Source of the DNA: a plasmid
Direction: 5' to 3' (one strand)
Sequence record: NZ_CP097382.1
Length of the DNA stretch: 64,000 nucleotides
A program made the translations under genes and the position numbers. The notes under the pieces are model-generated. The model was not told the origin of the DNA. It was given only the letters and a program-made list of their open reading frames with translations, and searched no databases. Positions within the stretch are counted from its first letter, which is position 1. Every line of letters begins with the position of its first letter. This document shows, in pieces, positions 1 through 10,727 of this stretch.

Positions 1-171
1 GTTATTAAATGTTAGTCAGCAGCAAGTTTCTCGGTACGAGAATGGAATTACATCCATTGATGTTAATCGATTAAACCTGATCTTAAAAATATTAGATAAA
101 ACCTGGGATGAATTTTTATGGGATGTTATTAAAAATGAGGATTCAATTGGTGAACACCTTATTCTACTTTA
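1..171 (+). CDS. MrpJ-family (XRE-like HTH) fimbrial-operon transcriptional regulator, C-terminal part (5' end lies outside the window)
   Basis: Frame 1 translates to ...LLNVSQQQVSRYENGITSIDVNRLNLILKIL...EHLILL*. The SQQQ(M/V)SRYERG HTH motif also appears in the regulators at 42226, 38951 and 25731. Confidence 0.6.
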
Positions 172-379
172 AGTAAATTCACTTAAATTATTAGTGGTAT
201 TTTTTTTGTTGTTAACTTATTTTTTTTCCAATTACTACTGAAATCCTAATTTTAGGGTAGTTGGCTGTAATTGGAAAATAAATTAGGGTGAAAATAGATA
301 ATTCTTCTCTATTTTATTTAAATTATCTCAGCTCTATAGAGCGAGAGTATTATTATATAAATATATAAAGGTTTATAAT

Positions 380-940
380 ATGAAAAAAGTAATTCTTGCA
401 ACTCTGATTTGTGGTGCAGCGATGAGTTCATCCGTATTTGCTGCAGATGCTGGTAAAGGAAAAGTTACATTTACTGGCTCAATTATAACAGCTCCATGTT
501 CAATTGCACCTGGTGATGAAAGCCAAGAAGTACCATTAGGCCAAATATCTAATGTAACTCTTGAAAATGGCGGTATGTCTTCAGCTCAACCTTTCAATAT
601 TAGATTAGAAGGTTGTAACCTAAATGCGACATATACAGAAAAAGATGCTCAAGGTAATGATGTAGAGAAAACTTATAACAATACTGTTAATGTAAGTTTT
701 TATGGAACTGAGTGGAATGACACTGGTTTAATCTCAATTACAGGTACCGGTGCTGGCGCGGGTGTTAAATTGATGAATGATTCAGGTGACACTATCAAAA
801 TTAATAGTTCTACAACTCAAAACTTTGTTAGTGGTAATAATACATTGAGTTTCCAAGCAGGCCTACAAGGTGTTAAAGGTACAGCTGTAACTCCAGGCAT
901 ATTTACTGCAGCAACTAACTTTGTTTTAACATACAACTAA
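380..940 (+). CDS. fimbrial major subunit, MrpA/type-1-like
   Basis: 186 aa with a signal peptide, the GKVTFTGSIITAPCSI N-terminal motif and a C-terminal FVLTYN donor-strand motif. It is the first gene of the chaperone-usher operon. Confidence 0.85.
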   Translation: MKKVILATLICGAAMSSSVFAADAGKGKVTFTGSIITAPCSIAPGDESQEVPLGQISNVTLENGGMSSAQPFNIRLEGCNLNATYTEKDAQGNDVEKTYNNTVNVSFYGTEWNDTGLISITGTGAGAGVKLMNDSGDTIKINSSTTQNFVSGNNTLSFQAGLQGVKGTAVTPGIFTAATNFVLTYN

Positions 941-1003
941 TAAGTTATTTGTGAGGTGGGGAAAGATAGCTATCTCCCACCTGTTATGTATAAGGAATAT
1001 GGC

Positions 1004-1519
1004 ATGAAGCTTGTGTTTCAAATATTGGGGTTATATTTAAGTATATCAATATCCGCGGTAAGTGCTGAACTTAAAGGGATCCTTACCATGAATGGTAGTA
1101 TCTTAGAAACCCCTTGCGCCATTGCAATGGAATCAATCGACCAAAGTATTGATTTAGGCGTGGAGCCAATAAGTGTTTTGAAACAATTTGGGCAGGGAAC
1201 GCGCCATCCTTTTAGCATAAAGGTTATAGATTGTAGAATATCATCACTATCAGGTGAACCATGGAATACATTTTCAATAACCTTCTCTGGTCCTTCAGAA
1301 AATAATAATTTCTTAGTTTTTGGTGATGTATCTGGTATAGCGCTCAGATTAGAAGATGAAAAAGGGCAATGGGTAATACCCAATCAACCTATATCCCTTG
1401 GAGGTATATCTCAAGGAGATAGGTTACTTAATTATGGGTTACGTATGATAAGTGATCATTCAACATTTATTCCTGGGAACTTTCAAAGTATTCTCAGCTT
1501 TAAATTGGATTACTACTGA
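1004..1519 (+). CDS. fimbrial subunit-like protein (MrpB-like)
   Basis: Signal peptide, a GSILETPCAI pilin N-motif and a C-terminal SFKLDYY motif. The operon-2 gene at 43247 is a paralog. Confidence 0.7.
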   Translation: MKLVFQILGLYLSISISAVSAELKGILTMNGSILETPCAIAMESIDQSIDLGVEPISVLKQFGQGTRHPFSIKVIDCRISSLSGEPWNTFSITFSGPSENNNFLVFGDVSGIALRLEDEKGQWVIPNQPISLGGISQGDRLLNYGLRMISDHSTFIPGNFQSILSFKLDYY

Positions 1520-1573
1520 TAATAAAAATAAAACCATTGCTATTTAGCAAGTTGTTTTGAACAAGGATTTTTT

Positions 1574-4117
1574 ATGTCTTTTAATTCTATTACGCGTTGG
1601 CGTTATTGTTCTTTGCATATACTAATAGCTGCTGCATTTTATAGCAGTGTTACTCCTCATGTATTTGCAAAAGATATTATATTTAATATGGATGTATTAG
1701 ATATTGAAGACAAAGAAAATATTAATTTAGAACAATTTTCTCGAGCCGGACATATTATGCCCGGGACTTATACTTTAGAAGTTAAAGTCAATCAATATAG
1801 CATCGGTGAATATTCTGTTCCATTTATTGAAGATAAAGAAAGTGAAACCGGAAGTCGTGTATGTATATCTCCAGATATAGTAGATTTAATCGGCTTTAAT
1901 TCTTCATCTGTTAAAGATTTAAAATGGTCAAATTTAGAAAATAAAGATAAATGTTGGGATCCTTCAAATTTACCTGGAGTTACACTTACTGGTGATTTAG
2001 CTACATCATCTTTATTGATTAATATACCACAAGCTTATTTAGAATATAGTTCTCCAGATTGGGATCCTCCTTCTCGATGGGATAATGGAGTTAATGCATT
2101 CCTGTTCGATTATAACTTAAATGGTAGTATAATGGACACGAAAAAAGTCAACCAAAAAACCTATATATTATCCGGAAATGGGGTTGCTGGCATTAATTTA
2201 GGGGCTTGGCGTTTTCGTGGTGATTGGCAAGCTGAATCTAGCCATATTACGGGAAAAAATAGTCAATCAAATACCGATATGACATGGAATCGTTTCTATG
2301 CCTATCGTGCTTTAACCGCTTTAAAAGCTAAATTAACTTTAGGTGAAGATTATTTTGATTCAGGAGTTTTTGATTCATTTCGATTTATTGGGGCTGCAAT
2401 TCGTACTGATTTAAATATGGTTCCTCCAAATCTAAGAGGGTACGCTCCAGAAATTACTGGTACGGCAAGAACAAATGCCACCGTGACAGTTCGTCAGCAA
2501 GGTCGTGTTATTTATGAAGCACAAGTACCGCAAGGTCCTTTCCGCATTCAAGATCTTTCGGATGCTCTTAGTGGGACTCTAAATGTAACTGTCGCAGAGC
2601 AAGATGGAACAACTCAAGAATTTAATGTTGATACTGCTAACTTACCATTCTTAACTCGCCCAGGGCAAGTTCAATATAAACTTGCGGTAGGACAACCAAC
2701 TGATTATGAACGCCATAGTCAGGGTGAAAATTTTGCTTCAGGTGAATTTTCATGGGGGGTAGCAAATGGATGGTCATTATTTGGTGGTTTTTTAGGTAGC
2801 CAGCGTTATCAAGCATTATCAGTTGGCTTAGGTAGAGATTTGCTAGCATTAGGTGCGTTGTCTTTTGATATAACTCAATCTCGATCTAAACTACCAGACC
2901 AGCCAACCTTAAATGGTGGTTCATATCGATTAAGTTATTCGAAAAATTTTGAAGAATATAACAGTCAGGTAACGTTTGCAGGATATCGCTTCTCTGAGAA
3001 AGATTTCATGAGTATGAATGATTTTTTAGAGTCTAAAAAATCTGGAATTCATTTTGGTGGTAGCAAAGAGCTATATACTCTGTCATTTAATAAAAATTTC
3101 GTAGATGCTGGTTTATCTCTATATTTAAGTTATAACCACCAAACATATTGGGATAGGCCTGAAAATAACTATTATAATTTAATGTTATCAAAATATTTTG
3201 ATTTGGGTGATTTTAAGAATATAAGCGCTTCTTTATCTTTAAACCGCCAAGTTAATCAGGGAGTTAATGATGATAGTGCTTATCTTTCTTTATCTATTCC
3301 TTGGGGTAGTCGTAGTAGTATAAGTTACACCATGGATGTCAGAGATAAGCGTAAAGGCGGTATAAATAATAGGGCATCTTATTATAATAGCCCTACAGAT
3401 AGATTTTCCTACCAAATAAGCGCAGGGGAGAATAGAAGAGGAACATCAACCAGTGGATTCGTTTCTTATCAAGGAGATGATGTATTCCTCTCTGGTAATG
3501 CTAGCTATATAACTAGTGATTATCAAGCTGTAGGTTTTTCTGCTAATGGTGGAGTAACATTAACTCCTGATGGCGGCGCTTTACATCGTGGGGGAGAATT
3601 AGGTGGTACGAGATTACTTGTTGATACTGATGGTGCGGCTAATGTGCCAATTCTAGGTGTTGGGGCTCCTGTTAAGTCAAACCATTTTGGTAAAGCAGTA
3701 ATAACCAATGTGAACAGTTACTATCGTAATATTGCCCAAGTAGATTTAAATAATCTACCAGATAACGTTGATGCGGAGCAGTCGGTAGTTCAAGCAACTT
3801 TAACTGAAGGGGCAGTTGGATACCGTAAATTCAATGTATTGTCTGGTGCGAAAGCTATGGTTGTGATTCGTTTACAAAATGGTAGTTTTCCTCCTTTTGG
3901 TGCACAGGTGAAAAATTCTGAAGGTAAGAACACAGGTATTGTTGCTGATAGTGGAAATACCTATTTAAGTGGTATTGTCCCTATGGGCAAAATGACGGTA
4001 TCGTGGGGTGTGGAAGGAGCTTGTAGTATTTCTTTCCCTCAGAAATTACCAAGCTTAGAGCAATCAATACTATTACCATGTGAAAATATTCCCTCAGAGA
4101 CAACTAAAAAAATGTAG
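1574..4117 (+). CDS. fimbrial outer-membrane usher (MrpC/PapC family)
   Basis: 847 aa with conserved usher blocks (ALTLGEDYFDSGVFDSFRFIGAAIRTD, NLRGYAPEITG). It is about 60% identical to the operon-2 usher at 43878. Confidence 0.92.
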   Translation: MSFNSITRWRYCSLHILIAAAFYSSVTPHVFAKDIIFNMDVLDIEDKENINLEQFSRAGHIMPGTYTLEVKVNQYSIGEYSVPFIEDKESETGSRVCISPDIVDLIGFNSSSVKDLKWSNLENKDKCWDPSNLPGVTLTGDLATSSLLINIPQAYLEYSSPDWDPPSRWDNGVNAFLFDYNLNGSIMDTKKVNQKTYILSGNGVAGINLGAWRFRGDWQAESSHITGKNSQSNTDMTWNRFYAYRALTALKAKLTLGEDYFDSGVFDSFRFIGAAIRTDLNMVPPNLRGYAPEITGTARTNATVTVRQQGRVIYEAQVPQGPFRIQDLSDALSGTLNVTVAEQDGTTQEFNVDTANLPFLTRPGQVQYKLAVGQPTDYERHSQGENFASGEFSWGVANGWSLFGGFLGSQRYQALSVGLGRDLLALGALSFDITQSRSKLPDQPTLNGGSYRLSYSKNFEEYNSQVTFAGYRFSEKDFMSMNDFLESKKSGIHFGGSKELYTLSFNKNFVDAGLSLYLSYNHQTYWDRPENNYYNLMLSKYFDLGDFKNISASLSLNRQVNQGVNDDSAYLSLSIPWGSRSSISYTMDVRDKRKGGINNRASYYNSPTDRFSYQISAGENRRGTSTSGFVSYQGDDVFLSGNASYITSDYQAVGFSANGGVTLTPDGGALHRGGELGGTRLLVDTDGAANVPILGVGAPVKSNHFGKAVITNVNSYYRNIAQVDLNNLPDNVDAEQSVVQATLTEGAVGYRKFNVLSGAKAMVVIRLQNGSFPPFGAQVKNSEGKNTGIVADSGNTYLSGIVPMGKMTVSWGVEGACSISFPQKLPSLEQSILLPCENIPSETTKKM

Positions 4118-4184
4118 CAACACGGTATATAGTATATTTTAGAGTTGAATAATTAACTGATTAGAAAATAAAAAGGTACTTGAG

Positions 4185-4925
4185 ATGAAATTGACAACAA
4201 TACAGCGGACAGGACTAGTTATATCTGGCGTTTTTATAACTCATCTGGCTATTGCTGGTATCACGATGGATCGTACCCGAGTTATTTTTGAAGGAGATAA
4301 AAAATCTATTACGCTAAATATTGGGAATAATAATAAAGAATTACCTTACTTAGCTCAAGGGTGGATTGAAAACGATAAAGGACAAAAGGTTAGTAGCCCA
4401 TTAGTTGTTCTTCCTCCAGTACAACGTATAGAAGCTGGAAAATCTAGCCAAATAAAAATAGAGGCATTACCAGCGGTTAATACATTGCCTCAAGATAGGG
4501 AAACTCTATTTTATTTTAATTTACGAGAAATTCCGCCTAAAAGCGAAAAATCAAATGTATTACAAGTGGCTTTACAAACACGAGTAAAACTATTTTATCG
4601 CCCTAAAGCGATAATTCCTGAAGAACAAAGTTCTCCATGGCAAGAGAAAATAACAATTGATAAAAGTGCTCAAATGGCTATGGTGAAAAATCCTACACCA
4701 TTTTATGTGACAATTATTAATGCTCATTCGGTGACATATCAAACAAAGAATAATGATTTTTCACCAGTCATGGTATCTCCATTTGGGCAAGCTAGTTTAG
4801 GCATTACTAGCGCAAAATTAGGTGATAAGCCTTCTCTGATTTATATCAATGATTATGGTGGCCGCCCTGAATTGGAATTTAACTGTCAGGCTAATGTTTG
4901 TAATGTGACTAAAACAAAACCTTAA
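4185..4925 (+). CDS. periplasmic fimbrial chaperone (MrpD/PapD family)
   Basis: 246 aa with a signal peptide and the LPYLAQGWIEN and FYFNLREIPPKS PapD-like motifs. It is a paralog of 46591. Confidence 0.92.
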   Translation: MKLTTIQRTGLVISGVFITHLAIAGITMDRTRVIFEGDKKSITLNIGNNNKELPYLAQGWIENDKGQKVSSPLVVLPPVQRIEAGKSSQIKIEALPAVNTLPQDRETLFYFNLREIPPKSEKSNVLQVALQTRVKLFYRPKAIIPEEQSSPWQEKITIDKSAQMAMVKNPTPFYVTIINAHSVTYQTKNNDFSPVMVSPFGQASLGITSAKLGDKPSLIYINDYGGRPELEFNCQANVCNVTKTKP

Positions 4926-4968
4926 TTGTAGGATGACAGGAGAGTACGCGGTGGTTAACGGAAAATCA

Positions 4969-5592
4969 ATGAATACGACCATGTTATGTATATGGCTACT
5001 GGGAAGTTGTATGACTATAGGCCTAAGTGTACCTGCAACTGCTGCTCAAAAGTTACTGGGATCTGAGGCTAAAGCTATAGATTACAATAATGTGGATGGG
5101 CAACACGGAATTTTGCGTGTGAAAGGTGCGTTAACAGATAGTCCCTGTCGATTACAGATGGAGAGTACTGATCAGACGATTAATTTAGGAATTGTTGGTC
5201 TTGGTGATTTGCCTAATATTGGGGCAGTAGGACGAGGTGCAACTTTACGTATTGGTTTAACGGATTGTTTGGCTGTACAAAATGCCCAATGGGATCGCCA
5301 AATAGGATTGTTGCCTTGGAGTGTTAATCAGCCGGGAGTTAATATTCGATTTACAGGAGCGGATACAGATTCTAGCGGCCAATATCTTCAATTACGTGGA
5401 GGTACTGGATTAGGTGTAGTGATAAAAGACATTCATGGTAATCCATTGAAATTAGGTAGATTTACATCACCGCAGTTATTACCAGTAGGCCAGACTGAGT
5501 TGACTTATACTGTTGCTCCAATCCGTTTACAGCACATGGTTTCACCAGGCGAGTTCTATGGTGTTATGGGGTTTCAATTGAGTTATGACTAA
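4969..5592 (+). CDS. fimbrial minor subunit (MrpE-like)
   Basis: Pilin-like with a GALTDSPCRL N-motif and a C-terminal GFQLSYD motif. It is a paralog of 47415. Confidence 0.7.
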   Translation: MNTTMLCIWLLGSCMTIGLSVPATAAQKLLGSEAKAIDYNNVDGQHGILRVKGALTDSPCRLQMESTDQTINLGIVGLGDLPNIGAVGRGATLRIGLTDCLAVQNAQWDRQIGLLPWSVNQPGVNIRFTGADTDSSGQYLQLRGGTGLGVVIKDIHGNPLKLGRFTSPQLLPVGQTELTYTVAPIRLQHMVSPGEFYGVMGFQLSYD

Positions 5593-5632
5593 TTATTTTA
5601 CCAAAAGAATGAATCAATTTAAGGGGGATACG

Positions 5633-6148
5633 ATGCATAGAGGACTACTTAAAATTGCTTTTACTGTCGTTAGTTGCCTATTTACATCATCTACATTAGC
5701 AGCAGATTCAGTTACAGTTAATATTAAAGGTAATTTAATTTTAAATCCACCATGTGAGATTTCAGGCGTCGGTAATGGCCCAATTGAGGTGGATTTTAAA
5801 GATATGGTAATTAGAACGATTACCGGTACTAATTTTCCACAGCCTGTGCCATATACGCTAAAGTGTGATGCTGATGGCGCTACAAACGTTGCTCTTAGAT
5901 TTAAGGGGGACGGTGCTAAATTCAATACTGACGTACTTGGGACAAGTAATGATGATTTAGGTATACGATTTGCTACTGTATCAGGTAGTAGCCCGACCTT
6001 CTTTGCTTTGAATACAGATATTCGATTTACAAATAGCCAGCGTCCAACGATAAGAGCTTATCCATTATTAAATCCTGGCGTTGCGGTTAAGAGTATCAAA
6101 GGAGGTGCATTTATAAGCACTGTTACATTGGAAGCTAGTTACCCATAA
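5633..6148 (+). CDS. fimbrial minor subunit (MrpF-like)
   Basis: Strong RBS AAGGGGGA, a signal peptide, a GNLILNPPCEI motif and a C-terminal TLEASYP motif. Confidence 0.75.
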   Translation: MHRGLLKIAFTVVSCLFTSSTLAADSVTVNIKGNLILNPPCEISGVGNGPIEVDFKDMVIRTITGTNFPQPVPYTLKCDADGATNVALRFKGDGAKFNTDVLGTSNDDLGIRFATVSGSSPTFFALNTDIRFTNSQRPTIRAYPLLNPGVAVKSIKGGAFISTVTLEASYP

Positions 6149-6190
6149 GCTTTATACTGCTTTGGCTAATTTTAACCAAATAGTGAGTTA

Positions 6191-6745
6191 ATGATGAGAA
6201 CCATTAAATTTAAAAAAATGGGTATTTGTGGAGGAATTCTCTTTAGTATCGCATTTTCGGTTATGGCAAATAATGGCGCGAATGTCAATCTTAAAGGAAA
6301 TTTGATTCTTAATCCTCCTTGTGATTTTACCTCTACAACAGGAGCTGACATTATTAATGTGGACTTTAAAGATATTATAATCCGCAAAATGGAAACTAAA
6401 GCTGCTAATGTAAATGCAACTACAGCAATGTATCAAACTCTCTTACCATTAAAATTAGACTGTGGCGATACCGAAAATGGTACAGCACTGAGAGTAAGAA
6501 TACAGGGTACCACTTCAGGTTTTAATTCGGAGTTTTTAGGTACCGATAATGACGATGTTGGGATCCAGTTTATTAATTTAGGGCGAGGAACGTTTATTCC
6601 CAATAATACCACTAACCGGCGAGCTCGTATTTTAGTCGGTGATACTATTTCTTTTTATGTTGTACCGATCCGTAATGCGGGGGCTTCGGTAATAAAAACG
6701 GGTCCATTTAATGCCACAGCAACGTTAATTGCTGAGTATGAGTGA
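6191..6745 (+). CDS. fimbrial minor subunit (MrpG-like, tandem paralog of the previous gene)
   Basis: Shares GNLILNPPCDF...VDFKDIIIR with the gene at 5633 and ends in a C-terminal LIAEYE. Confidence 0.75.
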   Translation: MMRTIKFKKMGICGGILFSIAFSVMANNGANVNLKGNLILNPPCDFTSTTGADIINVDFKDIIIRKMETKAANVNATTAMYQTLLPLKLDCGDTENGTALRVRIQGTTSGFNSEFLGTDNDDVGIQFINLGRGTFIPNNTTNRRARILVGDTISFYVVPIRNAGASVIKTGPFNATATLIAEYE

Positions 6746-6912
6746 CTAATCTTAGTTAAAAATTGAAGTTAATAGCTAGTGAACATAAATAAAATTCAAA
6801 TAGGATGACAGCTTGTTATCTTATTAATGATAAAAATCAAGTTTTATCATTATTTCATAGTGTTATATGATTAAGGTTATTTTATCAAAAGCCTGAAAAT
6901 GAGGTGGCTAGG

Positions 6913-7464
6913 ATGAAAAAATGCATAAAAAAACAATATATGCCCTTCATTAGTGCAGTGATAATTAGTGTAATGGCATTTTTTATTAATGTTGGAACGT
7001 CAATAGCGAGTAATGATGTTAAAATTAATATGACAGGTAATTTATTAGATTTTCCACCATGCGATGTATATAGCAGTGATGGTGTTGGCTCGCCAATCCA
7101 TATTCATTTTAATGAAATAGGTATACAACGAATTGATGGGAATCGATTTAAACAAAACTGGATATTAAAAGTATCATGTGATGGTACCCTAGGAGCAAAT
7201 GTTCCTATTGAATTGAAATATAATGGAGAAGATAGTGGGTTTGATACCCAAGCTCTAGTAACTGATAAACCTGGATTAGGTATACGGCTATATCGTTCTG
7301 ATAATGGTAGTGTTGTTGAGTTAAATAAGCCATATACTTTAGTCATGTCTAAAGGTGGAAAACTAGATATCCCCTTATACTCTGTTCCTGTTAAAGGTGG
7401 TAAATCTGTATTATCTGCTGGTCAATTTACAGCATCTGCGACATTAGAACTAAATTACCCGTAA
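6913..7464 (+). CDS. additional fimbrial minor subunit
   Basis: Signal peptide, a GNLLDFPPCDV pilin N-motif and a C-terminal LELNYP. The ATG at 6913 has a GAGGTGG RBS; the ORF-track start at 6904 is a GTG. Confidence 0.7.
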   Translation: MKKCIKKQYMPFISAVIISVMAFFINVGTSIASNDVKINMTGNLLDFPPCDVYSSDGVGSPIHIHFNEIGIQRIDGNRFKQNWILKVSCDGTLGANVPIELKYNGEDSGFDTQALVTDKPGLGIRLYRSDNGSVVELNKPYTLVMSKGGKLDIPLYSVPVKGGKSVLSAGQFTASATLELNYP

Positions 7465-7472
7465 GGTGGCAT

Positions 7473-8006
7473 ATGATAAAAATAAATCTAGTTACAATAG
7501 CGGCTTGTTGTTTTTTAGCGAGTAGTTTAACTTGGGGTAATAATACAACTTCAGTTAATTATGATGGTACTCTAGTTAATCTGGCTTGCGTTATTGATGA
7601 TGAGACTCCTATTGAAGTTAATATGGGCTCCATAATCGATAAACAAATCTATTTACATGGTCACTCAGTTAATAAAAAATTTAATTTAATCTTAAAAGAT
7701 TGTGATCCTATGTTAGCTAATTCTATAGTAATAACACTTAATGGTAGTTCAGGAAATGTTACGCCTGATGGATACCTAAAATTTGATACAGGTAGTGAAG
7801 CAAAAGGTGCTGTGATAGGAATTGCGGATGATAAATTATCTCGTGTTCAGATTGGTAAGGAATTGTCACCTAGACTAACAGAATCAGGAACAATGAGTGT
7901 TCCTTTATATGCTTTCGTTCAAGGAACTCCTGAAGCTATACAAAATAATTCTATTACACTTGGTCAATTTACTGCGACATTATTTTACACTATCAATTTT
8001 GAATAA
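7473..8006 (+). CDS. additional fimbrial minor subunit
   Basis: 177 aa with a signal peptide, a Cys pair and a C-terminal aromatic-rich strand (TLFYTINFE). Confidence 0.65.
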   Translation: MIKINLVTIAACCFLASSLTWGNNTTSVNYDGTLVNLACVIDDETPIEVNMGSIIDKQIYLHGHSVNKKFNLILKDCDPMLANSIVITLNGSSGNVTPDGYLKFDTGSEAKGAVIGIADDKLSRVQIGKELSPRLTESGTMSVPLYAFVQGTPEAIQNNSITLGQFTATLFYTINFE

Positions 8007-8088
8007 ATCATATAGTGTTAGATAAATATTCCCAGCGATATGATTCACAATAGGTAGATAAATGAATAAATATGAAGGTATCGTAAAA

Positions 8089-8613
8089 ATGGAGAGAGCA
8101 TTAAAGCAATTCATCGGTGGAATTTGCATATTTTTTTTGGTTTCTCCAACTCAGGCTGTAGAGATTTCACCTGGTAGCAGGGGGACTTTGCCTCTTACTG
8201 TTAGTGTCACTGTGCAAGCCGTTACTTGTGATATTAGTGGTTCAGATAATAAGGATGATATAACTGTTGACTTTAAAACTATAACAAAGAAAGGAATTGA
8301 TAATGGCGATTATGAATTGTCTGTTCCAATAAAAATTACGTGTAGTAATAATACACCATCGTTAAGTTTGCAATTAACAGGCACACCAGCGAATTTTAAT
8401 AAAACATTATTAAAAGCTAATGAAATTTCAGCGTTAGGTTTTGAGTTTTATATCAATGACCAAAAATGGGCATTGAATAGTACATCTCCAAATTTTACAC
8501 TAACTTCGATCCCAGTGATAACGGTTAAACCTAAGCTAAGTGAGTACGCTACAAACTTAAATGGTGGAGAATTTACTAGTACTTCTGCTAGCTTGATATT
8601 AAATTATGAATAA
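8089..8613 (+). CDS. additional fimbrial minor subunit
   Basis: Signal peptide, a Cys pair (CDIS...ITCSNN) and a C-terminal LILNYE. Confidence 0.65.
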   Translation: MERALKQFIGGICIFFLVSPTQAVEISPGSRGTLPLTVSVTVQAVTCDISGSDNKDDITVDFKTITKKGIDNGDYELSVPIKITCSNNTPSLSLQLTGTPANFNKTLLKANEISALGFEFYINDQKWALNSTSPNFTLTSIPVITVKPKLSEYATNLNGGEFTSTSASLILNYE

Positions 8614-9048
8614 AGTATTTTTTTATAAAAATAACTAAAGAGATTATCTTTTCTATAATGTTAATTTTTATGTTTTATTTACTATTATGTTAAGTTACAG
8701 ATAAATACCAAATATTAAAAATTATGATTAATAAGTATAACAACAAAACTGGTTCATTTTGGAGGATTCAGACATATAGTAACGTATCCTTTCATTCTAC
8801 TCATGATTGGAGAGATTAATATCGTTTTACCATTATATGTTATATAGTGGTTTGAAGCGGATTTAGTATTGATGAATAAATGACAGCGCAGTAATTTAGC
8901 TGCTTATGGAAAGACGATATGGTGAAAAAACTCAATAAAATTAAAATAGTAAAATATTGGACACCAGTAGGCAGTCATAATCCTTCTTGGATATATTTAT
9001 ATGCTGATTTTATTGAAAAATCAGGTGAAAGTAAGGAATGTTATTATT

Positions 9049-9972
9049 ATGTTTAACTATGCCAAATATTTTTTGATTTTTGTGGGCTTAATTTTTTTTG
9101 TATCAAATGCAAACTCTGAAAATTTAAAACCAGTAGTGACAAGTTCAGTGTTAAGAGTAGCTCCACATTCTCCTGATCAGGTAATCCACACAATTTCTTG
9201 GTCTTCATTTAGTATTTCTGATGAAGAGGCGAATCGTATAATTTATTGTCCAGCAGTTATTTCTAATCTTTGCGGATGGGGATTTGTTTATAGGCAAACT
9301 TATATCCCAACAGGAAGAACTGCTACATGGGGATTTAGAGGCGGATATAATGGAATGGGGATTAATTCACTCTATACAGTAGGATTTAGAGATGGGCAAA
9401 CACTTGGACAAGCATATAGGGATTTTATCGCGACATTTGGTGCGAGTGGTACAGCTGCAATGATAAGGAATCATAATAACAGACTCGGTGATAATTATCG
9501 TTATGCTGGCTGTTTTGCTCTTTTAAATTCGCGAGATAATACTCTATTCGACCCGCCTAATAACCTGGAATGTTTAGACACTCCAATTGACCCCATACCT
9601 ATGTCATGTCAGATCACTGGCCCAACAGGTGGTGATACAGTAAATCTTGACCATGGAATAGTCAGTACTGGTCGATTGAATGGTAATCAAGCCTCAGCGA
9701 AGATAGGTGTTAAATGTACCGAAAATGCATCTGTCTCATTCAGTTTTACTGAGACAACATTACAATTGGGGACAAACTTATCATCAACCCTTTCGTTAAA
9801 ACGAAATGGTATGGATATACCTATCAGTGATTCACCAGGAAGTAATAATAGTCAAAAAATAGATAAAAATATATTAACTTATATTGATGTTATTTCTACA
9901 TTATCTGCAGCAGGAACGATTGCCCCCGATCGTTATACAGGAAGCTCCACATTAGTTGTAACATTAAACTAA
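9049..9972 (+). CDS. putative two-domain fimbrial tip adhesin (MrpH-like position)
   Basis: AAGGAA RBS, a signal peptide, a Cys-rich N-terminal domain and a C-terminal pilin-like domain ending in STLVVTLN. It is the last gene of the operon after a 390-bp gap. Confidence 0.45.
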   Translation: MFNYAKYFLIFVGLIFFVSNANSENLKPVVTSSVLRVAPHSPDQVIHTISWSSFSISDEEANRIIYCPAVISNLCGWGFVYRQTYIPTGRTATWGFRGGYNGMGINSLYTVGFRDGQTLGQAYRDFIATFGASGTAAMIRNHNNRLGDNYRYAGCFALLNSRDNTLFDPPNNLECLDTPIDPIPMSCQITGPTGGDTVNLDHGIVSTGRLNGNQASAKIGVKCTENASVSFSFTETTLQLGTNLSSTLSLKRNGMDIPISDSPGSNNSQKIDKNILTYIDVISTLSAAGTIAPDRYTGSSTLVVTLN

Positions 9973-10001
9973 CACTCTCTATTTTAGTCCAAACCAAAAA
10001 A

Positions 10002-10033
10002 ATTAAGAAGGCAATATGTCTTCTTAATTTTTG
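10002..10033 (+). terminator. rho-independent terminator after fimbrial operon 1
   Basis: A 9-bp stem (attaagaag ... cttcttaat) followed by a T-run. Confidence 0.6.
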
Positions 10034-10092
10034 TAGATAAGCGTAAGCGACTCATTTAGACCGTCTATCTGTATTCCTCCAGTTAGTGGAAA

Positions 10093-10727
10093 GTAAGCGC
10101 CCCATGATCCCACGGAGCGCTTTAGTTTTAATGTAAGAAGTTCCAGGGAAGAAGTGAGTTGATATCTGGCTCTGACTTTGCCAGCTCTTTCATACATCTC
10201 ACCAGGTAATCGTAGAGGATTAGCCCGTTAGCTTTTGCTGTCTCGATGATGCTGTACAGCAGCGCACTGGCATCGGCACCATGTGCATTATTAGCAAAAA
10301 GCCAGTTTTTTCTGCCAATGACCAACGATTTGATGGCGCGTTCCGCACGGTTGTTGTCGATAGATAAATGCCCATCTTCAACATAGCGTATCAACTTAGG
10401 CCACTGACCCAAGGTGTATTTGATGGCTTTACCAAGCGGACTCGATTCGATGACTTTCTGTGAGGTTAACCAGTCATAAAGTTCATAGAGCATCGGTTTG
10501 GCTTTCGATTGCCTCTCAGACCAACGTTCTTCTACCGAAGCGTATTTTAATCGAGATTCAAGGGCGTACAACTTTTGGATTTTCGCTAATGCCACGTCGA
10601 CTTTACCCGATTTACCTTTACCCTGAAGCTTCTTCGCCTCCATGAACTTACGACGTGCATGCGCGAAGCAACCCACATTGCTCACTCGCGTTAATCCATC
10701 ATAAGCACCGTAGCCATTGTCCACTTC
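10093..10727 (-). mobile_element. IS66-family relic (3' end with terminal GTAAGCG and a transposase C-terminal fragment)
   Basis: ORF 10128-10724 matches the IS66 TnpC C-terminus (...GHLSIDNNRAERAIKSLVIGRKNWLF...). A GTAAGCG terminus sits at 10093. The 5' part is removed by the IS3-family insertion at 10728. Confidence 0.7.

Noticed and set aside
2637-2849. Short antisense or overlapping ORFs inside usher and other long genes (for example 1018-1383, 2637-2849, 3523-3708, 15866-16210, 16295-16642, 16706-17035, 46124-46417, 22503-22775).
   Set aside because: They are fully embedded in well-supported longer genes on the other strand or frame, and have no RBS or family resemblance. They are typical six-frame noise.
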